A stretch of 64,000 nt of DNA from Nemertoderma westbladi (GCA_032718475.1 JAUCBJ010008128.1:3131-67130); one strand, 5' to 3'; shown: positions 49,589-64,000, counted from the stretch's first letter. Translations and numbers: made by a program. Notes: generated by a model not told the origin, from the letters alone.

Positions 49589-52500
49589 TTTTATATTTCA
49601 ATCAAACTGTTTGAACTCGGAACGGATGGTTTACTTGTAATTATTTTTCATATTTCAATCAAACTGTTTGAACTCGGAACGGATGGTTTACTTGTAATTA
49701 GTTTTATATTTCAATCAAACTGTCAAACTGTTTGAACTCGGAACGGATGGTTTACTTGTAATTATTTTTTATATTTCAATCAAACTGTTTGAACTCGGAA
49801 CGGATGGTTTACTTGTAATTATTTTTTATATTTCAATCAAACTGTTTGAACTCGGAACGGATGGTTTACTTGTAATTATTTTTCATATTTCAATCAAACT
49901 GTTTGAACTCGGAACGGATGGTTTACTTGTAATTAGTTTTATATTTCAATCAAACTGTTTGAACTCGGAACGGATGGTTTACTTGTAATTATTTTTTATA
50001 TTTCAATCAAACTGTTTGAACTCGGAACGGATGGTTTACTTGTAATTATTTTTTATATTTCAATCAATCTGTTTGAACTCGGAACGGATGGTTTACTTGT
50101 AATTATTTTTCATATTTCAATCAAACTGTTTGAACTCGGAACGGATGGTTTACTTGTAATTATTTTTTATATTTCAATCAAACTGTTTGAACTCGGAACG
50201 GATGGTTTACTTGTAATTATTTTTCATATTTCAATCAAACTGTTTGAACTCGGAACGGATGGTTTACTTGTAATTAGTTTTATATTTCAATCAAACTGTT
50301 TGAACTCGGAACGGATGGTTTACTTGTAATTATTTTTCATATTTCAATCAAACTGTTTGAACTCGGAACGGATGGTTTACTTGTAATTAGTTTTATATTT
50401 CAATCAAACTGTCAAACTGTTTGAACTCGGAACGGATGGTTTACTTGTAATTATTTTTTATATTTCAATCAAACTGTTTGAACTCGGAACGGATGGTTTA
50501 CTTGTAATTATTTTTCATATTTCAATCAAACTGTTTGAACTCGGAACGGATGGTTTACTTGTAATTAGTTTTATATTTCAATCAAACTGTCAAACTGTTT
50601 GAACTCGGAACGGATGGTTTACTTGTAATTAGTTTTATATTTCAATCAAACTGTCAAACTGTTTGAACTCGGAACGGATGGTTTACTTGTAATTATTTTT
50701 TATATTTCAATCAAACTGTCAAACTGTTTGAACTCGGAACGGATGGTTTACTTGTAATTATTTTTTATATTTCAATCAAACTGTTTGAACTCGGAACGGA
50801 TGGTTTACTTGTAATTATTTTTTATATTTCAATCAAACTGTTTGAACTCGGAACGGATGGTTTACTTGTAATTATTTTTTATATTTCAATCAAACTGTCA
50901 AACTGTTTGAACTCGGAACGGATGGTTTACTTGTAATTATTTTTTATATTTCAATCAAACTGTCAAACTGTTTGAACTCGGAACGGATGGTTTACTTGTA
51001 ATTATTTTTTATATTTCAATCAAACTGTCAAACTGTTTGAACTCGGAACGGATGGTTTACTTGTAATTATTTTTTATATTTCAATCAAACTGTTTGAACT
51101 CGGAACGGATGGTTTACTTGTAATTATTTTTTATATTTCAATCAAACTGTTTGAACTCGGAACGGATGGTTTACTTGTAATTATTTTTTATATTTCAATC
51201 AAACTGTCAAACTGTTTGAACTCGGAACGGATGGTTTACTTGTAATTATTTTTTATATTTCAATCAAACTGTTTGAACTCGGAACGGATGGTTTACTTGT
51301 AATTATTTTTTATATTTCAATCAAACTGTCAAACTGTTTGAACTCGGAACGGATGGTTTACTTGTAATTATTTTTCATATTTCAATCAAACTGTTTGAAC
51401 TCGGAACGGATGGTTTACTTGTAATTATTTTTTATATTTCAATCAAACTGTTTGAACTCGGAACGGATGGTTTACTTGTAATTATTTTTTATATTTCAAT
51501 CAAACTGTCAAACTGTTTGAACTCGGAACGGATGGTTTACTTGTAATTATTTTTCATATTTCAATCAAACTGTTTGAACTCGGAACGGATGGTTTACTTG
51601 TAATTATTTTTTATATTTCAATCAAACTGTCAAACTGTTTGAACTCGGAACGGATGGTTTACTTGTAATTATTTTTTATATTTCAATCAAACTGTCAAAC
51701 TGTTTGAACTCGGAACGGATGGTTTACTTGTAATTATTTTTTATATTTCAATCAAACTGTTTGAACTCGGAACGGATGGTTTACTTGTAATTACTTTTTA
51801 TATTTCAATCAAACTGTCAAACTGTTTGAACTCGGAACGGATGGTTTACTTGTAATTATTTTTTATATTTCAATCAAACTGTTTGAACTCGGAACGGATG
51901 GTTTACTTGTAATTATTTTTTATATTTCAATCAAACTGTTTGAACTCGGAACGGATGGTTTACTTGTAATTATTTTTTATATTTCAATCAAACTGTCAAA
52001 CTGTTTGAACTCGGAACGGATGGTTTACTTGTAATTATTTTTTATATTTCAATCAAACTGTTTGAACTCGGAACGGATGGTTTACTTGTAATTATTTTTT
52101 ATATTTCAATCAAACTGTCAAACTGTTTGAACTCGGAACGGATGGTTTACTTGTAATTATTTTTCATATTTCAATCAAACTGTTTGAACTCGGAACGGAT
52201 GGTTTACTTGTAATTATTTTTCATATTTCAATCAAACTGTTTGAACTCGGAACGGATGGTTTACTTGTAATTATTTTTTATATTTCAATCAAACTGTCAA
52301 ACTGTTTGAACTCGGAACGGATGGTTTACTTGTAATTATTTTTCATATTTCAATCAAACTGTTTGAACTCGGAACGGATGGTTTACTTGTAATTATTTTT
52401 TATATTTCAATCAAACTGTCAAACTGTTTGAACTCGGAACGGATGGTTTACTTGTAATTATTTTTTATATTCAATCAAACTGTCAAACTGTTTGAACTCG

Positions 52501-55500
52501 GAACGGATGGTTTACTTGTAATTATTTTTTATATTTCAATCAAACTGTTTGAACTCGGAACGGATGGTTTACTTGTAATTATTTTTTATATTTCAATCAA
52601 ACTGTTTGAACTCGGAACGGATGGTTTACTTGTAATTATTTTTTATATTTCAATCAAACTGTTTGAACTCGGAACGGATGGTTTACTTGTAATTATTTTT
52701 TATATTTCAATCAAACTGTTTGAACTCGGAACGGATGGTTTACTTGTAATTATTTTTTATATTTCAATCAAACTGTTTGAACTCGGAACGGATGGTTTAC
52801 TTGTAATTACTTTTTATATTTCAATCAAACTGTCAAACTGTTTGAACTCGGAACGGATGGTTTACTTGTAATTATTTTTTATATTTCAATCAAACTGTTT
52901 GAACTCGGAACGGATGGTTTACTTGTAATTATTTTTTATATTTCAATCAAACTGTTTGAACTCGGAACGGATGGTTTACTTGTAATTATTTTTTATATTT
53001 CAATCAAACTGTCAAACTGTTTGAACTCGGAACGGATGGTTTACTTGTAATTATTTTTCATATTTCAATCAAACTGTTTGAACTCGGAACGGATGGTTTA
53101 CTTGTAATTATTTTTTATATTTCAATCAAACTGTCAAACTGTTTGAACTCGGAACGGATGGTTTACTTGTAATTATTTTTTATATTTCAATCAAACTGTC
53201 AAACTGTTTGAACTCGGAACGGATGGTTTACTTGTAATTATTTTTTATATTTCAATCAAACTGTTTGAACTCGGAACGGATGGTTTACTTGTAATTACTT
53301 TTTATATTTCAATCAAACTGTCAAACTGTTTGAACTCGGAACGGATGGTTTACTTGTAATTATTTTTTATATTTCAATCAAACTGTTTGAACTCGGAACG
53401 GATGGTTTACTTGTAATTATTTTTTATATTTCAATCAAACTGTCAAACTGTTTGAACTCGGAACGGATGGTTTACTTGTAATTATTTTTTATATTTCAAT
53501 CAAACTGTTTGAACTCGGAACGGATGGTTTACTTGTAATTATTTTTTATATTTCAATCAAACTGTCAAACTGTTTGAACTCGGAACGGATGGTTTACTTG
53601 TAATTATTTTTTATATTTCAATCAAACTGTTTGAACTCGGAACGGATGGTTTACTTGTAATTACTTTTTATATTTCAATCAAACTGTCAAACTGTTTGAA
53701 CTCGGAACGGATGGTTTACTTGTAATTATTTTTTATATTTCAATCAAACTGTTTGAACTCGGAACGGATGGTTTACTTGTAATTATTTTTTATATTTCAA
53801 TCAAACTGTTTGAACTCGGAACGGATGGTTTACTTGTAATTATTTTTTATATTTCAATCAAACTGTTTGAACTCGGAACGGATGGTTTACTTGTAATTAT
53901 TTTTTATATTTCAATCAAACTGTTTGAACTCGGAACGGATGGTTTACTTGTAATTATTTTTTATATTTCAATCAAACTGTTTGAACTCGGAACGGATGGT
54001 TTACTTGTAATTATTTTTTATATTTCAATCAAACTGTCAAACTGTTTGAACTCGGAACGGATGGTTTACTTGTAATTATTTTTTATATTTCAATCAAACT
54101 GTTTGAACTCGGAACGGATGGTTTACTTGTAATTATTTTTTATATTTCAATCAAACTGTCAAACTGTTTGAACTCGGAACGGATGGTTTACTTGTAATTA
54201 TTTTTTATATTTCAATCAAACTGTTTGAACTCGGAACGGATGGTTTACTTGTAATTATTTTTTATATTTCAATCAAACTGTTTGAACTCGGAACGGATGG
54301 TTTACTTGTAATTATTTTTTATATTTCAATCAAACTGTTTGAACTCGGAACGGATGGTTTACTTGTAATTATTTTTTATATTTCAATCAAACTGTTTGAA
54401 CTCGGAACGGATGGTTTACTTGTAATTATTTTTTATATTTCAATCAAACTGTTTGAACTCGGAACGGATGGTTTACTTGTAATTATTTTTTATATTTCAA
54501 TCAAACTGTTTGAACTCGGAACGGATGGTTTACTTGTAATTATTTTTTATATTTCAATCAAACTGTTTGAACTCGGAACGGATGGTTTACTTGTAATTAT
54601 TTTTTATATTTCAATCAAACTGTTTGAACTCGGAACGGATGGTTTACTTGTAATTATTTTTTATATTTCAATCAAACTGTTTGAACTCGGAACGGATGGT
54701 TTACTTGTAATTATTTTTTATATTTCAATCAAACTGTTTGAACTCGGAACGGATGGTTTACTTGTAATTATTTTTTATATTTCAATCAAACTGTTTGAAC
54801 TCGGAACGGATGGTTTACTTGTAATTATTTTTTATATTTCAATCAAACTGTTTGAACTCGGAACGGATGGTTTACTTGTAATTATTTTTTATATTTCAAT
54901 CAAACTGTCAAACTGTTTGAACTCGGAACGGATGGTTTACTTGTAATTATTTTTTATATTTCAATCAAACTGTCAAACTGTTTGAACTCGGAACGGATGG
55001 TTTACTTGTAATTATTTTTTATATTTCAATCAAACTGTTTGAACTCGGAACGGATGGTTTACTTGTAATTATTTTTTATATTTCAATCAAACTGTTTGAA
55101 CTCGGAACGGATGGTTTACTTGTAATTATTTTTTATATTTCAATCAAACTGTTTGAACTCGGAACGGATGGTTTACTTGTAATTATTTTTTTTATTTCAA
55201 TCAAACTGTTTGAACTCGGAACGGATGGTTTACTTGTAATTATTTTTTATATTTCAATCAAACTGTTTGAACTCGGAACGGATGGTTTACTTGTAATTAT
55301 TTTTTATATTTCAATCAAACTGTCAAACTGTTTGAACTCGGAACGGATGGTTTACTTGTAATTATTTTTTATATTTCAATCAAACTGTTTGAACTCGGAA
55401 CGGATGGTTTACTTGTAATTATTTTTTATATTTCAATCAAACTGTTTGAACTCGGAACGGATGGTTTACTTGTAATTATTTTTTATATTTCAATCAAACT

Positions 55501-58500
55501 GTCAAACTGTTTGAACTCGGAACGGATGGTTTACTTGTAATTATTTTTTTTATTTCAATCAAACTGTTTGAACTCGGAACGGATGGTTTACTTGTAATTA
55601 TTTTTTATATTTCAATCAAACTGTTTGAACTCGGAACGGATGGTTTACTTGTAATTATTTTTTATATTTCAATCAAACTGTCAAACTGTTTGAACTCGGA
55701 ACGGATGGTTTACTTGTAATTATTTTTTATATTTCAATCAAACTGTTTGAACTCGGAACGGATGGTTTACTTGTAATTATTTTTTATATTTCAATCAAAC
55801 TGTTTGAACTCGGAACGGATGGTTTACTTGTAATTATTTTTTATATTTCAATCAAACTGTTTGAACTCGGAACGGATGGTTTACTTGTAATTATTTTTTA
55901 TATTTCAATCAAACTGTTTGAACTCGGAACGGATGGTTTACTTGTAATTATTTTTTATATTTCAATCAAACTGTTTGAACTCGGAACGGATGGTTTACTT
56001 GTAATTATTTTTTATATTTCAATCAAACTGTTTGAACTCGGAACGGATGGTTTACTTGTAATTATTTTTTATATTTCAATCAAACTGTTTGAACTCGGAA
56101 CGGATGGTTTACTTGTAATTATTTTTTATATTTCAATCAATACTGTTTGAACTCGGAACGGATGGTTTACTTGTAATTATTTTTTATATTTCAATCAAAC
56201 TGTCAAACTGTTTGAACTCGGAACGGATGGTTTACTTGTAATTATTTTTTTTATTTCAATCAAACTGTTTGAACTCGGAACGGATGGTTTACTTGTAATT
56301 ATTTTTTATATTTCAATCAAACTGTTTGAACTCGGAACGGATGGTTTACTTGTAATTATTTTTTATATTTCAATCAAACTGTCAAACTGTTTGAACTCGG
56401 AACGGATGGTTTACTTGTAATTATTTTTTATATTTCAATCAAACTGTTTGAACTCGGAACGGATGGTTTACTTGTAATTATTTTTTATATTTCAATCAAA
56501 CTGTTTGAACTCGGAACGGATGGTTTACTTGTAATTATTTTTTATATTTCAATCAAACTGTTTGAACTCGGAACGGATGGTTTACTTGTAATTATTTTTT
56601 ATATTTCAATCAAACTGTCAAACTGTTTGAACTCGGAACGGATGGTTTACTTGTAATTATTTTTTATATTTCAATCAAACTGTTTGAACTCGGAACGGAT
56701 GGTTTACTTGTAATTATTTTTTATATTTCAATCAAACTGTTTGAACTCGGAACGGATGGTTTACTTGTAATTATTTTTTATATTTCAATCAAACTGTTTG
56801 AACTCGGAACGGATGGTTTACTTGTAATTATTTTTTATATTTCAATCAAACTGTTTGAACTCGGAACGGATGGTTTACTTGTAATTATTTTTTATATTTC
56901 AATCAAACTGTTTGAACTCGGAACGGATGGTTTACTTGTAATTATTTTTTATATTTCAATCAAACTGTTTGAACTCGGAACGGATGGTTTACTTGTAATT
57001 ATTTTTTATATTTCAATCAAACTGTTTGAACTCGGAACGGATGGTTTACTTGTAATTATTTTTTATATTTCAATCAAACTGTTTGAACTCGGAACGGATG
57101 GTTTACTTGTAATTATTTTTTATATTTCAATCAAACTGTTTGAACTCGGAACGGATGGTTTACTTGTAATTATTTTTTATATTTCAATCAAACTGTTTGA
57201 ACTCGGAACGGATGGTTTACTTGTAATTATTTTTTATATTTCAATCAAACTGTTTGAACTCGGAACGGATGGTTTACTTGTAATTATTTTTTATATTTCA
57301 ATCAAACTGTTTGAACTCGGAACGGATGGTTTACTTGTAATTATTTTTTATATTTCAATCAAACTGTTTGAACTCGGAACGGATGGTTTACTTGTAATTA
57401 TTTTTTATATTTCAATCAAACTGTTTGAACTCGGAACGGATGGTTTACTTGTAATTATTTTTTATATTTCAATCAAACTGTTTGAACTCGGAACGGATGG
57501 TTTACTTGTAATTATTTTTTATATTTCAATCAAACTGTTTGAACTCGGAACGGATGGTTTACTTGTAATTATTTTTTTTATTTCAATCAAACTGTTTGAA
57601 CTCGGAACGGATGGTTTACTTGTAATTATTTTTTATATTTCAATCAAACTGTTTGAACTCGGAACGGATGGTTTACTTGTAATTATTTTTTATATTTCAA
57701 TCAAACTGTCAAACTGTTTGAACTCGGAACGGATGGTTTACTTGTAATTATTTTTTATATTTCAATCAAACTGTTTGAACTCGGAACGGATGGTTTACTT
57801 GTAATTATTTTTTATATTTCAATCAAACTGTTTGAACTCGGAACGGATGGTTTACTTGTAATTATTTTTTATATTTCAATCAAACTGTTTGAACTCGGAA
57901 CGGATGGTTTACTTGTAATTATTTTTTATATTTCAATCAAACTGTCAAACTGTTTGAACTCGGAACGGATGGTTTACTTGTAATTATTTTTTATATTTCA
58001 ATCAAACTGTTTGAACTCGGAACGGATGGTTTACTTGTAATTATTTTTTATATTTCAATCAAACTGTTTGAACTCGGAACGGATGGTTTACTTGTAATTA
58101 TTTTTTATATTTCAATCAAACTGTTTGAACTCGGAACGGATGGTTTACTTGTAATTATTTTTTATATTTCAATCAAACTGTTTGAACTCGGAACGGATGG
58201 TTTACTTGTAATTATTTTTTATATTTCAATCAAACTGTTTGAACTCGGAACGGATGGTTTACTTGTAATTATTTTTTATATTTCAATCAAACTGTTTGAA
58301 CTCGGAACGGATGGTTTACTTGTAATTATTTTTTATATTTCAATCAAACTGTTTGAACTCGGAACGGATGGTTTACTTGTAATTATTTTTTATATTTCAA
58401 TCAAACTGTTTGAACTCGGAACGGATGGTTTACTTGTAATTATTTTTTATATTTCAATCAAACTGTTTGAACTCGGAACGGATGGTTTACTTGTAATTAT

Positions 58501-61500
58501 TTTTTATATTTCAATCAATCTGTTTGAACTCGGAACGGATGGTTTACTTGTAATTATTTTTTATATTTCAATCAAACTGTTTGAACTCGGAACGGATGGT
58601 TTACTTGTAATTATTTTTTATATTTCAATCAAACTGTTTGAACTCGGAACGGATGGTTTACTTGTAATTATTTTTTATATTTCAATCAAACTGTTTGAAC
58701 TCGGAACGGATGGTTTACTTGTAATTATTTTTTATATTTCAATCAAACTGTTTGAACTCGGAACGGATGGTTTACTTGTAATTATTTTTTATATTTCAAT
58801 CAAACTGTTTGAACTCGGAACGGATGGTTTACTTGTAATTATTTTTTATATTTCAATCAAACTGTTTGAACTCGGAACGGATGGTTTACTTGTAATTATT
58901 TTTTTTATTTCAATCAAACTTTTTGAACTCGGAACGGATGGTTTACTTGTAATTATTTTTTATATTTCAATCAAACTGTTTGAACTCGGAACGGATGGTT
59001 TACTTGTAATTATTTTTTATATTTCAATCAAACTGTCAAACTGTTTGAACTCGGAACGGATGGTTTACTTGTAATTATTTTTTATATTTCAATCAAACTG
59101 TCAAACTGTTTGAACTCGGAACGGATGGTTTACTTGTAATTATTTTTTATATTTCAATCAAACTGTTTGAACTCGGAACGGATGGTTTACTTGTAATTAT
59201 TTTTTATATTTCAATCAAACTGTTTGAACTCGGAACGGATGGTTTACTTGTAATTATTTTTTATATTTCAATCAAACTGTTTGAACTCGGAACGGATGGT
59301 TTACTTGTAATTATTTTTTTTATTTCAATCAAACTGTTTGAACTCGGAACGGATGGTTTACTTGTAATTATTTTTTATATTTCAATCAAACTGTTTGAAC
59401 TCGGAACGGATGGTTTACTTGTAATTATTTTTTATATTTCAATCAAACTGTCAAACTGTTTGAACTCGGAACGGATGGTTTACTTGTAATTATTTCTTAT
59501 ATTTCAATCAAACTGTTTGAACTCGGAACGGATGGTTTACTTGTAATTATTTTTTATATTTCAATCAATCTGTTTGAACTCGGAACGGATGGTTTACTTG
59601 TAATTATTTTTTATATTTCAATCAAACTGTCAAACTGTTTGAACTCGGAACGGATGGTTTACTTGTAATTATTTTTTTTATTTCAATCAAACTGTTTGAA
59701 CTCGGAACGGATGGTTTACTTGTAATTATTTTTTATATTTCAATCAAACTGTTTGAACTCGGAACGGATGGTTTACTTGTAATTATTTTTTATATTTCAA
59801 TCAAACTGTCAAACTGTTTGAACTCGGAACGGATGGTTTACTTGTAATTATTTTTTATATTTCAATCAAACTGTTTGAACTCGGAACGGATGGTTTACTT
59901 GTAATTATTTTTTATATTTCAATCAAACTGTTTGAACTCGGAACGGATGGTTTACTTGTAATTATTTTTTATACTTCAATCAAACTGTTTGAACTCGGAA
60001 CGGATGGTTTACTTGTAATTATTTTTTATATTTCAATCAAACTGTTTGAACTCGGAACGGATGGTTTACTTGTAATTATTTTTTATATTTCAATCAAACT
60101 GTTTGAACTCGGAACGGATGGTTTACTTGTAATTATTTTTTATATTTCAATCAAACTGTTTGAACTCGTAACGGATGGTTTACTTGTAATTATTTTTTAT
60201 ATTTCAATCAAACTGTTTGAACTCGGAACGGATGGTTTACTTGTAATTATTTTTTATATTTCAATCAATCTGTTTGAACTCGGAACGGATGGTTTACTTG
60301 TAATTATTTTTTATATTTCAATCAAACTGTCAAACTGTTTGAACTCGGAACGGATGGTTTACTTGTAATTATTTTTTTTATTTCAATCAAACTGTTTGAA
60401 CTCGGAACGGATGGTTTACTTGTAATTATTTTTTATATTTCAATCAAACTGTTTGAACTCGGAACGGATGGTTTACTTGTAATTATTTTTTATATTTCAA
60501 TCAAACTGTCAAACTGTTTGAACTCGGAACGGATGGTTTACTTGTAATTATTTTTTATATTTCAATCAAACTGTTTGAACTCGGAACGGATGGTTTACTT
60601 GTAATTATTTTTTATATTTCAATCAAACTGTTTGAACTCGGAACGGATGGTTTACTTGTAATTATTTTTTATATTTCAATCAAACTGTTTGAACTCGGAA
60701 CGGATGGTTTACTTGTAATTATTTTTTATATTTCAATCAAACTGTTTGAACTCGGAACGGATGGTTTACTTGTAATTATTTTTTATATTTCAATCAATCT
60801 GTTTGAACTCGGAACGGATGGTTTACTTGTAATTATTTTTTATATTTCAATCAAACTGTTTGAACTCGGAACGGATGGTTTACTTGTAATTATTTTTTAT
60901 ATTTCAATCAGACTGTTTGAACTCGGAACGGATGGTTTACTTGTAATTATTTTTTATATTTCAATCAAACTGTTTGAACTCGGAACGGATGGTTTACTTG
61001 TGATTATTTTTTATATTTCAATCAAACTGTTTGAACTCGGAACGGATGGTTTACTTGTAATTATTTTTTATATTTCAATCAAACTGTTTGAACTCGGAAC
61101 GGATGGTTTACTTGTAATTATTTTTTATATTTCAATCAAACTGTTTGAACTCGGAACGGATGGTTTACTTGTAATTATTTTTTATATTTCAATCAAACTG
61201 TCAAACTGTTTGAACTCGGAACGGATGGTTTACTTGTAATTATTTTTTATATTTCAATCAAACTGTTTGAACTCGGAACGGATGGTTTACTTGTAATTAT
61301 TTTTTATATTTCAATCAAACTGTTTGAACTCGGAACGGATGGTTTACTTGTAATTATTTTTTATATTTCAATCAAACTGTTTGAACTCGGAACGGATGGT
61401 TTACTTGTAATTATTTTTTATATTTCAATCAAACTGTTTGAACTCGGAACGGATGGTTTACTTGTAATTATTTTTTATATTTCAATCAAACTGTTTGAAC

Positions 61501-64000
61501 TCGGAACGGATGGTTTACTTGTAATTATTTTTTATATTTCAATCAAACTGTTTGAACTCGGAACGGATGGTTTACTTGTAATTATTTTTTATATTTCAAT
61601 CAAACTGTCAAACTGTTTGAACTCGGAACGGATGGTTTACTTGTAATTATTTTTTATATTTCAATCAAACTGTCAAACTGTTTGAACTCGGAACGGATGG
61701 TTTACTTGTAATTATTTTTTATATTTCAATCAAACTGTTTGAACTCGGAACGGATGGTTTACTTGTAATTATTTTTTATATTTCAATCAAACTGTTTGAA
61801 CTCGGAACGGATGGTTTACTTGTAATTATTTTTTTTATTTCAATCAAACTTTTTGAACTCGGAACGGATGGTTTACTTGTAATTATTTTTTATATTTCAA
61901 TCAAACTGTTTGAACTCGGAACGGATGGTTTACTTGTAATTATTTTTTATATTTCAATCAAACTGTCAAACTGTTTGAACTCGGAACGGATGGTTTACTT
62001 GTAATTATTTCTTATATTTCAATCAAACTGTTTGAACTCGGAACGGATGGTTTACTTGTAATTATTTTTTATATTTCAATCAATCTGTTTGAACTCGGAA
62101 CGGATGGTTTACTTGTAATTATTTTTTATATTTCAATCAAACTGTCAAACTGTTTGAACTCGGAACGGATGGTTTACTTGTAATTATTTTTTTTATTTCA
62201 ATCAAACTGTTTGAACTCGGAACGGATGGTTTACTTGTAATTATTTTTTATATTTCAATCAAACTGTTTGAACTCGGAACGGATGGTTTACTTGTAATTA
62301 TTTTTTATATTTCAATCAAACTGTCAAACTGTTTGAACTCGGAACGGATGGTTTACTTGTAATTATTTTTTATATTTCAATCAAACTGTTTGAACTCGGA
62401 ACGGATGGTTTACTTGTAATTATTTTTTATATTTCAATCAAACTGTTTGAACTCGGAACGGATGGTTTACTTGTAATTATTTTTTATATTTCAATCAAAC
62501 TGTTTGAACTCGGAACGGATGGTTTACTTGTAATTATTTTTTATATTTCAATCAAACTGTTTGAACTCGGAACGGATGGTTTACTTGTAATTATTTTTTA
62601 TATTTCAATCAAACTGTTTGAACTCGGAACGGATGGTTTACTTGTAATTATTTTTTATATTTCAATCAAACTGTTTGAACTCGGAACGGATGGTTTACTT
62701 GTAATTATTTTTTATATTTCAATCAAACTGTTTGAACTCGGAACGGATGGTTTACTTGTAATTATTTTTTATATTTCAATCAATCTGTTTGAACTCGGAA
62801 CGGATGGTTTACTTGTAATTATTTTTTATATTTCAATCAAACTGTCAAACTGTTTGAACTCGGAACGGATGGTTTACTTGTAATTATTTTTTTTATTTCA
62901 ATCAAACTGTTTGAACTCGGAACGGATGGTTTACTTGTAATTATTTTTTATATTTCAATCAAACTGTTTGAACTCGGAACGGATGGTTTACTTGTAATTA
63001 TTTTTTATATTTCAATCAAACTGTCAAACTGTTTGAACTCGGAACGGATGGTTTACTTGTAATTATTTTTTATATTTCAATCAAACTGTTTGAACTCGGA
63101 ACGGATGGTTTACTTGTAATTATTTTTTATATTTCAATCAAACTGTTTGAACTCGGAACGGATGGTTTACTTGTAATTATTTTTTATATTTCAATCAAAC
63201 TGTTTGAACTCGGAACGGATGGTTTACTTGTAATTATTTTTTATATTTCAATCAAACTGTTTGAACTCGGAACGGATGGTTTACTTGTAATTATTTTTTA
63301 TATTTCAATCAATCTGTTTGAACTCGGAACGGATGGTTTACTTGTAATTATTTTTTATATTTCAATCAAACTGTTTGAACTCGGAACGGATGGTTTACTT
63401 GTAATTATTTTTTATATTTCAATCAGACTGTTTGAACTCGGAACGGATGGTTTTCTTGTAATTATTTTTTATATTTCAATCAAACTGTTTGAACTCGGAA
63501 CGGATGGTTTACTTGTGATTATTTTTTATATTTCAATCAAACTGTTTGAACTCGGAACGGATGGTTTACTTGTAATTATTTTTTATATTTCAATCAAACT
63601 GTTTGAACTCGGAACGGATGGTTTACTTGTAATTATTTTTTATATTTCAATCAAACTGTTTGAACTCGGAACGGATGGTTTACTTGTAATTATTTTTTAT
63701 ATTTCAATCAAACTGTCAAACTGTTTGAACTCGGAACGGATGGTTTACTTGTAATTATTTTTTATATTTCAATCAAACTGTTTGAACTCGGAACGGATGG
63801 TTTACTTGTAATTATTTTTTATATTTCAATCAAACTGTTTGAACTCGGAACGGATGGTTTACTTGTAATTATTTTTTATATTTCAATCAAACTGTTTGAA
63901 CTCGGAACGGATGGTTTACTTGTAATTATTTTTTATATTTCAATCAAACTGTTTGAACTCGGAACGGATGGTTTACTTGTAATTATTTTTTATATTTCAA
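49566..64000 (+). repeat. Satellite array, 57-bp monomer (65-bp variant with CAAACTGT duplication), roughly 245 copies, continues past the window
   Basis: ttcaatcaaactgtttgaactcggaacggatggtttacttgtaattattttttatat in head-to-tail copies with very few variants and no spacers. Confidence 0.99.

Noticed and set aside
61000-63754. Two 79-aa ORFs in the satellite
   Set aside because: A 57-bp unit gives a stop-free frame and a point variant creates GTG; useful only as markers of the 2515-bp duplication.
49566-64000. CRISPR-like or integron-cassette array next to a recombinase
   Set aside because: Monomers are contiguous and essentially identical with no unique spacers or cassettes; there are no cas genes; the context is eukaryotic.

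Overview
Eukaryotic, most likely invertebrate, repeat-dense DNA with no clear host housekeeping gene. Bases 1-43.1 kb are a stack of nested retroelements. A degenerate BEL/Pao LTR element (A, + strand, 3' LTR 22187-22745) sits in a CRE-like LINE relic. A is split by a younger BEL/Pao element (B, - strand, 2280-15458, TSD GGGGG), which itself carries an RTE-LINE insertion. Further along are a second RTE copy, LINE fragments, two Penelope-like (RT + GIY-YIG) elements, foldback/MITE elements, and a truncated relative of B (element C, 36625-43098). From 43.1 kb the character changes: a 68-bp tandem array, then an apparently spliced gene for a C2H2-zinc-finger / tyrosine-recombinase / Myb-like protein (main exon 47714-49588). 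Its last codons and stop codon form the first unit of a >14 kb 57-bp satellite that runs off the window. Main leads: (1) the recombinase gene is fused to, and bracketed by, tandem arrays; (2) B and C lack a tRNA-type PBS but have a post-LTR motif complementary to an internal LTR motif with compensatory changes, suggesting Tf1-like self-priming in BEL/Pao; (3) two unrelated Gag-protease-only BEL elements; (4) a Penelope RT split by ~3.5 kb of codon-phased minisatellite. All family assignments come from motif recognition by eye; no database searches were run.
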